Shown piece after piece: positions 1 through 10,867 of a DNA stretch of 38,615 bases. The translations under genes were made by a program, and so were the position numbers. The stretch comes from Octopus sinensis (Eukaryota). The notes beneath the pieces are model-generated. The model saw nothing but the letters and a program-made list of their open reading frames with translations. It did no database searches and was not told where the DNA came from. The stretch is taken from positions 1 to 38,615 of the forward strand of contig NW_021835716.1 in assembly GCF_006345805.1 (NCBI RefSeq), written 5' to 3'. Position 1 is the stretch's first letter. Each line of letters starts with the position of its first letter.

Positions 1-619
1 AAATACTGTGCAGGACGATTTTTTCGTTAATTTGATAATTTTATAAATTAATAAATAGCTTACTACAAAATCTGCTTTAAAATCGTACAGGAATAATGAA
101 AATATTTGCTTAAGAATAGATTCGTTTATTGTTTGAATTGTTAATTTTTTTAAATGTTTAAATGACGCTTTTTGTTAACAATTTAGTCAATTTCGCGTTT
201 AAATCTTTATGGAGTGTATTTTAGTTTCGATTTCATTTTATTTAAACAAAAATGAAAATATGGAAAAGTAATTCAAATTCTTTTTTTTTGAAATAGCAAA
301 TAGTTGTCTATTTTCGATTGCAATCATAAAAGAACAAAAATTTAAGATATAAAGAAGTTTATTCCGAAACAAAATTTTTATAGTTTTCCAACGATAGCTA
401 GTCTATTAATATCGATCTCGTAAGGGGCCTCATGATTGATCAACATATTCGTCGAACTAATTTGGACCCTGTCGTGCTGTAAAATCCCAACGACAGTATA
501 TTCAGTACAATCCAAATGTTCGTGGAATGGTCGACGGCGTCAATTGTTAACGTTACAATCAATTGGCTGTTATTTTTTTAAAAATTGGTTTAATAATAAT
601 TAAAAGAAATTAAAAAGTA

Positions 620-860
620 CAGTGGTCTTAACCGGCATTTAAATATACCGGATCTCTCTCTAAACCGAATAAAATAATTCCCAGAAAAAGATTACTTTTT
701 AAAAACACAATTTATTATTAAAAAAGAAAATAAAATTAATGAGAAGGTTGATGTTTTTTTGATGCAAATTTTTCAAGTCATCTTCTTTTATATTGAGAAG
801 TGCTGAAGGTTCTCGGAAAATAAGCAAAAAATTTAATCCGCTTACGAAAGGATAAAAATT
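620..860 (-). mobile_element. Terminal remnant of a pogo/Tigger-like DNA transposon
   Basis: TA (618-619) is followed by CAGTGG...AACCGGCA...ACCGGAT, resembling pogo-type termini. The adjacent minus strand reads like a degenerate pogo C-terminus (FASKKTSTFS). No partner TIR was found. Confidence 0.3.
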
Positions 861-1899
861 ACACATTTCTCACCAAAATTCTGACAAAGGAAGTTTATCA
901 TACAATTCTTTAGTAATCAAAATATTGATTATATCAATAAAAGCCTCTTGAATATTTTCATCGACTATAGATGTGGATCGGGAAAGTATTTATTTACTGT
1001 ACGAATTAATTTTAAATTAAAATTGGCCAATTCTGGAAAGTATTTATTTACTTTTTTGAATATCTGTTAAATGTGCATAAATAAGGTCGAGTATTTTTTG
1101 GTTTCAAATTGATCTATTTCAACATTTCCAGTTATTATTTAGAAGATTTAAATATTTGGTTATACATTTTTTTTCTTTTAAACAATTTATATTCAAACAT
1201 TTCTTGTAGGGAGAATATCGATTATATTATTAGTACATACCAATAATTCTAAAAAGCCGACGTTTCAGAGTTGTTGGAATATCAGTCATAGCAATTTTAG
1301 TACTCAAAAAATGTCTTGAAATGTGATTAAAGGTCTTAGTAAGATACACTGACAGAAGTATAATTATTGGAGGAGATTTAAAATTGTTAATTATACGATA
1401 TGTATATTCAAATATTTTGAATCATTAGATCACTGAATTACTATAGTAATCTTCTTTACCTGAATGTAGATGCTTTTGCACTTTTAGTCTGATTATCAGA
1501 ACTATATAAATCTTATTTAAAATTAATGTTACATGCCATCAAATGCTATTTTTCGATCGCCAAAAATCAGTCGCCCCTTCTACTTTTAGTATTTTAATTA
1601 CTGACTGTATAGTATTCATGAAGACAATAAAATGTGCATATTCACAAATGGGTCAAAATATTTACTTGATTTCGGAGAGATACATGTCAAGCAGTAAGAT
1701 TTGGTCCTCTGTAAAATGACCTCCTCGATTTTAATCTCCATTGGTATTTAATCTTAAATGGACAGCTATGAAGAATTTTCTTTGACATTATGTGATTGAT
1801 TATTTATTTGAATATTTCCATATCTCCGGCTATCCAAAATTTAAGAAGGACGGGTTTTGTGGACATGACGGAATTCTATAATTCTGTTGAAAAACCTTG

Positions 1900-2075
1900 G
1901 GCAAGTAGCAATAGGAGCCCTGGTTCAAGAGGGAAAAGACGGTTATGTGTCCGGTGGACATTCACAAGACTTTCGACTCCGTGCCTAAGAAAATACTGAC
2001 TAGGAAAATATTTCTCAGCAAAATCCCCTCCATCCTAAAAAAGTGAATGACTAACTTCCTCATTGGGCGAAGAGG
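1900..2075 (+). pseudogene. LINE reverse transcriptase fragment
   Basis: Across a frameshift it translates as ALVQEGKDGYVS-VDIHKTFDSVPKKILTRKI...MTNFLIGR, matching the RT motif 'D(F)xKAFDSVPHxxLLxKL...WIxNFLxxR'. Confidence 0.55.
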
Positions 2076-2823
2076 GAGAATCTATACCAAAAGTATAAGG
2101 TCAAGCTCGAAGTATTTTCCAGATGGATAAAATTGATTTATCTTGATTAAAATATTTCTCAGAATTATGAATAATGGTACAATTTTATGTCATTCCATCA
2201 ATTTTCAATTCGCGAAAAACCGGTCTTGGTAAAGTTGACATTCTTTTGCAGCCATTTGAACGAATTGGAAGTAAATCTGTAAATTGAAAATAATTAAGCC
2301 ACATTAACTACTTCTCAACTCAATGGGACTTTTCACAGACAAGTGTATAATAATGGTATTATTACATTCATTTAAAATCAACATGATTCTTCCACGCAAA
2401 TTTAAAAAATTAAATTATATATTTATTTATATTATTGAGTTTAGCCTATTAAATGGTAAACCTAAAACTGTACAAATTCACATTGCTTAATTAACTGCGT
2501 CAACTAGTCGCATGTTCTTTTATTGCAAATAATTATTATTTTTATTCAAGGACTTGATGCATATTAATATTTGCTCAGAACCTTCCATGAATTAAAAATT
2601 GTTGGTTATGAGTTTGTTTCTCCCAATATTGCGATATGTATTATTCCTTTGTCTATATTTAAAATAATGACCTAATTTTTGAATTCCAGTGGTCAAATAG
2701 ATTCTTGATTTGACCTATTTATAATTTTATTTTTCAGACAATTAATAATTTATTTTTAATGTTTTTTGAGTGCTATTACTCAAACAACATTACTTAATGA
2801 TTATTAATGTTTTTATACTTTTA

Positions 2824-4244
2824 CAGACAAACTGGCGGAGCTACTCAATGGTATGTTTATGAAAAAGGAATTCCTCGGTCTTGATTCCGGATTATTAATA
2901 CCGATCCAAAAGCCTAACAAGCAGGCTGGGCCTGTCGAAAATCTACGCCCTATAATCTTGCTAAACACCTTACGGAAACTTTTGGGATTAGTTACACTGA
3001 ACCGAATAAGAGAACAAGTGGACAACTATCTATCCCCGAGTCATAGTGGATTTAGGACAGGAAGATCCACCGCCGATGCTGTCTGGGCCCACAAGTGGTA
3101 CTGCGCTATCACCCAGAGATACAAAAGTGCAACAACAGTCCTGGGAATAGACCTGTCTAGGGCCTTTGACACGGTACGCCGTGGTCTACTCCTCAAAATA
3201 CTGGAACAATTCCTGGACCCTGACTCTGTCAATATGATAAGAGTACTACTATCGAACACAAAGCTCAAGGTGCGGGTCGGCACGGCGTTTTCCCGTGAAT
3301 TCACGTGCAACGTCGGTACCCCTCAGGGAGACGCCCTCTCGCCGTTGCTATTCGTGATCTATCTGGAGACGGCACTACGAGACCTTCGAAAATTCTATGC
3401 TGGCAATATCGTCGAAATTGTATATGCAGATGACGTCGACTTCGTGTCAGACGACAAATCGGCCTTACTTCGACTCCTTGAAGTGGCACCTGCTGAGCTG
3501 AACAGATGGTTCCTTAAAATGAACGTTGGAAAAACCGACATCGTTGAAATCATGAGGATGGAGAGCAGCTCAAGTGAAGCCTGGCGCAAAACGAACAAAC
3601 TCGGTTCTCTACTTGGGGACGGCCATGATATTGTCAGAAGAAAGGCTCTCGCTTGGGCCACGATGAACAAGATAAAGAAAGAGTGGATCGGCAAACGACG
3701 ACTCTGTACGTCACTTCGTCTGAGGATGTATGAAGCCTTTGTCAAACCAATCCTGACATATAATTCGGCGACCTGGGGAATGTCTAGTACTGAACAACGT
3801 GGACTCGATTCTTTTCACCGCAGGCAACTTAGATCCCTACTGGGATTGAACTGGCCTATAAGAATCAACCAGGAATCGCTATACAATAGATGCAGAACTG
3901 GCCCTCTGAGTGTGGAAATCGTCAATATGCGGTGGAGGTTATTTGGCCATATTCTACGAATGGACATGCTTGCCCCAGCTAACATAGCAATGGAGGGCTA
4001 CTTCCTGAAAGAGGGATCGAGCTTCCGTGGACGTCCACGTGTTACGCTGCCGGAAACACTTGACGGAGACCTGAAATGTGTGAAGAAAAGGCTAAGGAGT
4101 GGTGAGGATCTGGACGAGCTGAGGAAACTCGCTCACGACAGAGGAGGTTGGAGGAGGCTGGTTCAAAGGATTGTTTTTAATGCTGCACGAGTAAAATTAT
4201 AACTAATATGATTCTACGTATGTTGCAAATAATAATAATAATAA
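2824..4244 (+). mobile_element. 5'-truncated RTE-clade non-LTR retrotransposon
   Basis: RT ORF followed by a short 3' UTR and an (AAT)n tail at 4228-4244. Candidate 7-bp TSD ACTTTTA at 2817-2823 and 4245-4251. Clearly more GC-rich than its flanks. Confidence 0.9.
2853..4202 (+). CDS. RTE-type reverse transcriptase (C-terminal 449 aa, uninterrupted, N-terminally truncated)
   Basis: Motifs LIPIQKP, LRPIILL, GFRTGRST, DLSRAFD, GTPQGDALSPLLF and YADD. C-terminal FHRRQLRSLLG...RWRLFGHILRM is typical of the RTE clade. No endonuclease domain is present in the window. Confidence 0.92.
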   Translation: MFMKKEFLGLDSGLLIPIQKPNKQAGPVENLRPIILLNTLRKLLGLVTLNRIREQVDNYLSPSHSGFRTGRSTADAVWAHKWYCAITQRYKSATTVLGIDLSRAFDTVRRGLLLKILEQFLDPDSVNMIRVLLSNTKLKVRVGTAFSREFTCNVGTPQGDALSPLLFVIYLETALRDLRKFYAGNIVEIVYADDVDFVSDDKSALLRLLEVAPAELNRWFLKMNVGKTDIVEIMRMESSSSEAWRKTNKLGSLLGDGHDIVRRKALAWATMNKIKKEWIGKRRLCTSLRLRMYEAFVKPILTYNSATWGMSSTEQRGLDSFHRRQLRSLLGLNWPIRINQESLYNRCRTGPLSVEIVNMRWRLFGHILRMDMLAPANIAMEGYFLKEGSSFRGRPRVTLPETLDGDLKCVKKRLRSGEDLDELRKLAHDRGGWRRLVQRIVFNAARVKL

Positions 4245-4825
4245 ACTTTTATTGTATGCCGAATTCTCATTTTATTAAATACAACAATTTCTATTATTTG
4301 ATTTCCCTTTATTTATTTTTGGTTGGCTTATCTTTACCGAGTACAAATACAGTGATATCTCTTCCAACATTTCTTTACGAAGGATAGCACAAGATAAGGC
4401 ACGATTGCTGTAACTCATATCGACTTTCCTGTATTGTCAAAGAACTAACTTTCGATTTAAGTCCATTTTAAGAAAAGTAGCTCATTATGTACTTACTCGG
4501 GTTTATTTTTCCAGTCAAGCTTTATCTTTATTTATTTTTACACGTTACTCGAGAGAAAATTAATGGAAAAGATTGTCTCTCATATGACCCTCCACTTGTG
4601 GATTTAATCATTATAATTAACATTCTTACAAAAAATATTTCTTGATACATGATTTAAAGATTTGCATTCTTTTGGTTACTATATTAACCAACTAGCTCAG
4701 CAGTTCGCTTCGCTCACTGCGAGCTAGCTCCTGCGGAGGCCCTGCTCGCTACGCTCGCAGTTTCCTTAAATAACTATAAATTTATGTAGATATATAAATG
4801 CGACCTGCTTTGATATAACCTTATT

Positions 4826-5640
4826 CTAAGGCCTGTGGATAAACGATGTTTGCAGTCCGTCCATCCTTGGCAAATATAAATAAATTTCTCTTCTACCTAC
4901 CCTTGAGCACCCCACATACAGCTGGCCATGTGAAAAGCACTCGTTCTCTAAAAATAAGCCTACTACCTTTAAAGACTGTCCCTGGGCCTTGTTTATTGTC
5001 ATAGCAAAACTTATCTTCAGCGGAAATTGTAGTCTCTTAAATCTATCGCAGGCCCTTTCATGGTCCATAATAACGTCGACCGATTTATATATTCTTTCTC
5101 TGCCAGGGATTTTCATTAATAAATCTAAATTTATATTAAGTACCTCATCATTAAGTGGAGCTAATATAGCTCGTTCACGCAGCCAGTCGAAATTCACGTA
5201 GTGTTCAGATAGTTCGGAATAGACGGCATTCAATAATTCTTCTGCTGTTTCTACGAAAATACATAATTCTTCCGGTAGCCTAATTTTCTGGTCGTGCATT
5301 TCTGAAGTGATTGCCCCATTTCCAATATCTAGAAGGATTTGTGGGAATATGCTATTAACGCCTTGTAAATGTGCATGTACATTTACATCTAAGCTTACCT
5401 TTTTCACGTGTGTCCACAAATATGACGATTTGAGGCAGGCATTCAATTCATCCGCAGGCGTCCCTCTTTGAATAATTGGCAGCGTCTGTCTAAAATCACC
5501 TGCCAATACAACTAATGCTCCCCCAAACAAATGGTCGCTACAATTCTTGATATCTCTATATGTTCGGTCAACTGCTTGAATGCGCCTTTATGAGCCATCG
5601 TACATTCATCCCAAACAATTAACCTAGAATGCATAATTCT
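4826..5640 (-). pseudogene. Helitron PIF1-family helicase, truncated, frameshifted and internally deleted
   Basis: IVWDECTMAHK (frameshift) ...FGGALVVLAGDFRQTLPII...CLKSSYLW...RAILAPLNDEV...FKRLQFPLKISFAMTINKAQGQSL...FSHGQLYVGCSRV. The usual segment before RLQFP is missing. Confidence 0.9.
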
Positions 5641-6342
5641 ATTACCCGTAGTTGAGTCTAACAGCAGTCCTGACCTTGTTCAGCTGTTGTCTAAGTTCCC
5701 TCACCATTTAAGCACATCTTCCCTCGTTTCTCTTTTTTGTTATATGGTTCATATTCTCTTGTTTGTTAACATTCTCAGATCTCTCTTTATAGGACATTCT
5801 TATGATTTTGTAAACGCGAATCAGTAATTTATATTAAATTTTCTACGTAAATTTATTTAGTGAAATTTATGTAAAGTGTATTATCCAATCAAAGCCATTA
5901 TACTTAATTGCCTCTATGTTTAAAGGAATTGAAACTTTAGCATAATCGAACTTGTCTGTTTCGGTAAAGAAAATGATAATCAGCTTCATCTTTGTAGTAT
6001 TATAAGGAAAAAAATTAAAGCCTGTTAAATCAAGGAGATTTAAATATAGGCAAATTGAAATTTACATGACTAATTTAAATTTTATTTGCCTCTATCTTTT
6101 AAGAAATCTAAACAGTAGCATAATCGAATTTGTCAGTTTCGGCAGTTAAAAAGAATCAATTATGTAAATCTCTAATAATTTTTGCTTTTTCCTTTTTAGT
6201 GGTTTTCAAAATCTGATAATTGCACAGTCTATTCATGGTCGATAACAATTAGAGCTTTTATTTTTTTTTTTTAACGAAAATTTAACAAAAAAGAATTTAT
6301 GTCATCGAAAAAAGATAGCTAAGCTAATTAATGGCCTCACGA

Positions 6343-8818
6343 GGCTTGAAGGTTGTGGAGGACCTCATCATGTGAGTCGAGGACTTTCTTGTCGTTCATT
6401 TTAACAAAAACGCAGAAAATATTTTTTTTAATTTTTGGGCTTGAAGGTTTTGGGGGACCACATCATGTGAGTCGAGGACTTTCTTGTTGTTCATTTAACA
6501 AAAACGCAGAAAATAATTTTTTTTAATTTTTTGGCTTGAAGGTTTTGAGGGACCACATCATGTGAGTCGAGGACTTTCTTGTTGTTCATTTTAACAAAAA
6601 CGCAGAAAATAATTTTTTTTAATTTTTTGGCTTGAAGGTTTTGAGGGACCACATCATGTGAGTCGAGGACTTTCTTGTTGTTCATTTTAACAAAAACGCA
6701 GAAAATAATTTTTTTTAATTTTTTGGCTTGAAGGTTTTGGGGGACCACATCATGTGAGTCGAGGACTTTCTTGTTGTTTATTTTAACAAAAACGCAGAAA
6801 ATAATTTTTTTAATTTTTTGGCTTGAAAGTTTTGGGGGACCACATCATGTGAGTCGAGGACTTTCTTGTTGTTCATTTTAACAAAAACGCAGAAAATAAT
6901 TTTTTTAATTTTTTAGCTTGAAGGTTTTGGGGGACCACATCATGTGAGTCGAGGACTTTCTTGTTGTTCATTTTAACAAAAACGCAGAAAATAATTTTTT
7001 TAATTTTTTACCTTGAAGGTTTTGGGGGACCACATCATGTGAGTCGAGGACTTTCTTGTTGTTCATTTTAACAAAAACGCAGAAAATAATTTTTTTAATT
7101 TTTTAGCTTGAAGGTTTTGGGGGACCACATCATGTGAGTCGAGGACTTTCTTGTTGTTCATTTTAACAAAAACGCAGAAAATAATTTTTTTAATTTTTTA
7201 GCTTGAAGGTTTTGGGGGACCACATCATGTGAGTCGAGGACTTTCTTGTTGTTCATTTTAACAAAAACGCAGAAAATAATTTTTTTAATTTTTTACCTTG
7301 AAGGTTTTGGGGGACCACATCATGTGAGTCGAGGACTTTCTTGTTGTTCATTTTAACAAAAACGCAGAAAATAATTTTTTTAATTTTTTAGCTTGAAGGT
7401 TTTGGGGGACCACATCATGTGAGTCGAGGACTTTTTGTTGTTCATTTTAACAAAAACGCAGAAAATAATTTTTTTTAATTTTTTGGCTTGAAGGTTTTGG
7501 GGACCACATCATGTGAGTCGAGGACTTTCTTGTTGTTCATTTTAACAAAAACGCAGAAAATAATTTTTTTAATTTTTTAGCTTGAAGGTTTTGGGGGACC
7601 ACATCATGTGAGTCGAGGACTTTCTTGTTGTTCATTTTAACAAAAACGCAGAAAATAATTTTTTTAATTTTTTAGCTTGAAGGTTTTGGGGGACCACATC
7701 ATGTGAGTCGAGGACTTTCTTGTTGTTCATTTTAACAAAAACGCAGAAAATAATTTTTTTTAATTTTTTGGCTTGAAGGTTTTGGGGACCACATCATGTG
7801 AGTCGAGGACTTTCTGTTGGTCATTTTAACAAAAACGCAGAAAATAATTTTTTTAATTTTTTAGCTTGAAGGTTTTGGGGGACCACATCATGTGAGTCGA
7901 GGACTTTCTTGTTGTCATTTTAACAAAACGCAAAATAATTTTTTTTAATTTTTTGGCTTGAAGGTTTTGGGGACCACATCATGTGAGTCGAGGACTTTCT
8001 TGTTGTTCATTTTAAAAAAAACGCAGAAAATAATTTTGTTTAATTTTTTGGCTTGAAGGTTTTGGGGGACCACATCATGTGAGTCGAGGACTTTCTTGTT
8101 GTTCATTTTAACAAAAACGCAGAAAATAATTTTTTTTATTTTTTGGCTTGAAGGTTTTGGGGGACCACATCATGTGAGTCGAGGACTTTCTTGTTGTTCA
8201 TTTTAACAAAAACGCAGAAAATAATTTTTTTAATTTTTTGGCTTGAAGGTTTTGGGGGACACATCATGTGAGTCGAGGACTTTCTTGTTGTTCATTTTAA
8301 CAAAAACGCAGAAAATAATTTTTTTAATTTTTTGGCTTGAAGGTTTTGGGGGACCACATCATGCGAGTCGGACTTTCTTGTTGGTCATTTTAACAAAAAC
8401 GCAGAAAATAATTTTTTTAATTTTTTAGCTTGAGGGTTTGGGGGACCACATCATGTGAGTCGAGGACTTCTTGTTGTTCATTTTAACAAAAACGCAGAAA
8501 ATAATTTTTTTAATTTTTTGGCTTGAAGGTTTTGGGGACCACATCATGTGAGTCGAGGACTTTCTTGTTGTTCATTTTAACAAAAACGCAGAAAATATTT
8601 TTTTTAATTTTTTGGCTTGAAGGTTTTGGGGGACCACATCATGTGAGTCGAGGACTTTCTTGTTGTTCATTTTAACAAAAACGCAGAAAATAATTTTTTT
8701 TAATTTTTTGGCTTGAAGGTTTTGGGGACCACATCATGTGAGTCGAGGACTTTCTTGTTGTTCATTTTAAAAAAAACGCAGAAAATTGACTTGAAGGTTT
8801 TGGGGGACCTCATCATCG
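6343..8818. repeat. Tandem array of about 26 copies of a 94-96 bp unit (minisatellite/satellite)
   Basis: Unit GCTTGAAGGTTTTGGGGGACCACATCATGTGAGTCGAGGACTTTCTTGTTGTTCATTTTAACAAAAACGCAGAAAATAATTTTTTTAATTTTTT(G/A), repeated head-to-tail. Copies differ mainly in homopolymer length. Confidence 0.98.
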
Positions 8819-8963
8819 AGGATATTCTTTCTTATTAAAATTTTTTGACAGGAAGGTTCTTAGAGGATATCAACCTTTTATTGTGCCTCATTATCGAATA
8901 ACTACAAAAGGGAAGGTTTTGACAATTTGATCTGGTTTGTAACAATTTGAATGTGGGTGTGCC

Positions 8964-9007
8964 ACAGACAGACAGACAGACACACAGACAGACAGACAGA
9001 CACACAC
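8964..9007. repeat. (ACAG)n/(AC)n microsatellite at the Helitron 5' end
   Basis: acagacagacagacagacacacagacagacagacagacacacac, ending about 20 bp inside the TC terminus. Confidence 0.9.
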
Positions 9008-9377
9008 CATACCATTTTATTATTAAGATAAATATGATGTTCGTTGACAGTGAAACTTGTTGAATGAGCCCATTTTCAGAATATAAAATTGAGGAGATTC
9101 TGGGAAAATTTATCTTAATTAAAATATTTCTCAGAATTATGAATAATGGTACAATTTTAAATCATTCCGCTTTTTTTAAAAATGATTTTTTGACTTAAAA
9201 TCTTGGTTTTTTAAATAAATGTTTCAGATATTTATTTAAATATGTAGAATCACTCAAATAGATAGGTAAAAATTATAGAATTTTTTTGATAGAATATAGG
9301 ATATTGATTATTTCTCTTACTCGCCAAATTCTCTTAGTCGCCAATTTTGACTTTGTCTAAAAATGACGAGCAATATA

Positions 9378-10867
9378 CAGTGCACGACAAAAGTAACCGG
9401 ACAAGCCAAATTTCCATTATTTTAAGTCATTTTAAAACTTTTTTCACATAAATCACTCTTTGTACATTAATTTACACGAAAACAATTTTTTACATTTTAA
9501 TTTAATCTTTTTTTCAATTGTACATTAAATTTAAAGCATAAATAATTACGAGGTGCGACAAAAGAAACCGGACAGTTAAAAATAATCAAAAATTAGTATC
9601 TAGAATTGCCTCCTTTGGCATTATACACTGCGTAGCTTCTCTCCTTCATTGATAAAATTAGTTTTTGTATGAACTCTATCGGGATTGATCTCCAAATTTG
9701 GATAATTTCCTTTTTTAGGTCATTGTGACATGTTGGGGTTTTTTCATCTATTTTTCTTTTCATATATGCCCAGACGTGCTCAATGGGATTGAGATCAGGT
9801 GACTGGGCGGGCCATGAAAGAACTTTGATTTGATTTTCGTTGAAATATTCCGTCACAATTTTTGCTTTGTGGCAGGGAGCATTGTCCTGTTGGAATGTGA
9901 AATCCGTTAAATTCATTTTTGCTGCAGATTCCATCAGGTTATTCGTCAACAAATTCACATATCGTCCACTGTTTAACGTACCATCAAAAAAAACTAAATT
10001 CCCCACTCCGTTGTATGAGATACATCCCCAAACCATTGTTTTACATTTTCCATGTTTTACAGTTGGCAAGATATATCTAAATAAATATCAAATCAACTAC
10101 TTTAAGGATTCCCCTTTCTTTCGGTAAACTATTCGAGATTTTTTATTCATAGATAATTGAAAAATTGATTCGTCTGAGAAAATTGTTCTCTTCCATTCTG
10201 CGTCCGAAATCATTAAAAAATTTTTAGATATGTTCCATCTATCCTTAACATTTTTTTTTGAGAGAAAGGGTCTTTTCAGGGTTAATCTCCCAAAATAATT
10301 ATTTTCATTCAATAAACGAATTATTGTCCTTTTGGAAATGTCTTTTCCAAACTTTTCATGTACAAAGGAACGTAAAACGTTTGAACTTTCATATGGATTT
10401 TCTACACTATCAGCAGTTAGCTCATCAGTTTCAATCTTAGAAAGTATTCTAGCTCTCCCAGAAACTGGAAGTCGTGAAATTATCATATTTTTCTTGTATT
10501 TTTTCAAAAAATCGTGGATCGTCGATTTTTTGGTACAAGTAAGATGCTAATGCGTCTGATAGACATTCCTTGATTTTTAAGGCAATTATTTGTCCTTTAA
10601 CAAAATCTGACATGTGTTTACCCCTAAAAAAGGTTAAAAAAATGTAATTTTGGCGAAAAACTGAAAAGTGTCCGGTTACTTTTGTCACCTACATTTAATA
10701 AGTGTGCTTTAAATTTAATGGATTATTGAAAAAAAAAGAAATTAAAAAAGTAAATATATTATTTAATGAATATTTTAATTAATAAGAAGCTATTTTTTTA
10801 AAAAAGCATTAAAATTGGCTAAAATAATGGAAATTTCGGCTTGTCCGGTTACTTTTGTCGTGCACTG
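9378..10867 (-). mobile_element. Full-length Tc1-family transposon of IR/DR type (1490 bp)
   Basis: TA TSDs at 9376-9377 and 10868-10869. Terminal IR CAGTGCACGACAAAAGTAACCGGACAAGCC at both ends. An 18-bp binding repeat GACAAAAG(T/A)AACCGGACA occurs at 9386, 9557, 10669 (inverted) and 10842 (inverted). Confidence 0.95.
9593..10613 (-). pseudogene. Tc1 DD34E-type transposase with frameshifts near the N-terminus and a putative 24-nt intron (10077-10100)
   Basis: Motifs GRARILS, IFSDES, PTVKHG..MVWGCIS, FQQDNAPCH and WPAQSPDLNPIEHVW. ORFs 10097-10507 and 9593-10069 share a frame and join when GT...AG 10100-10077 is removed. The N-terminal HTH needs two frameshifts. Confidence 0.9.

Larger units (their letters stand above)
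4692..9028 (-). mobile_element. Non-autonomous Helitron (4337 bp) with helicase remnant, internal tandem array and 5' microsatellite
   Basis: On the minus strand the 5' end reads A|TCTTAATAATAAAATGG followed by (TGTC)n. The 3' end is a GC-rich GCGAAGCG-type segment ending CTAG|T at 4695-4691. The A|T insertion site is consistent with Helitron rules, and a PIF1-type helicase remnant lies next to the 3' end in the matching orientation. That both termini belong to one element is inferred. Confidence 0.75.

Noticed and set aside
2813-3745. Antisense ORFs over the RTE reverse transcriptase
   Set aside because: They are shadow ORFs of a GC-richer coding strand with no recognisable motifs.
6343-8818. 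CRISPR array, or coding repeats (ORFs 6491-6748 and 8243-8428)
   Set aside because: The units are wholly repeated with no unique spacers, no cas genes are present and the context is eukaryotic. The ORFs are by-products of 96-bp periodicity and break wherever a homopolymer length changes.
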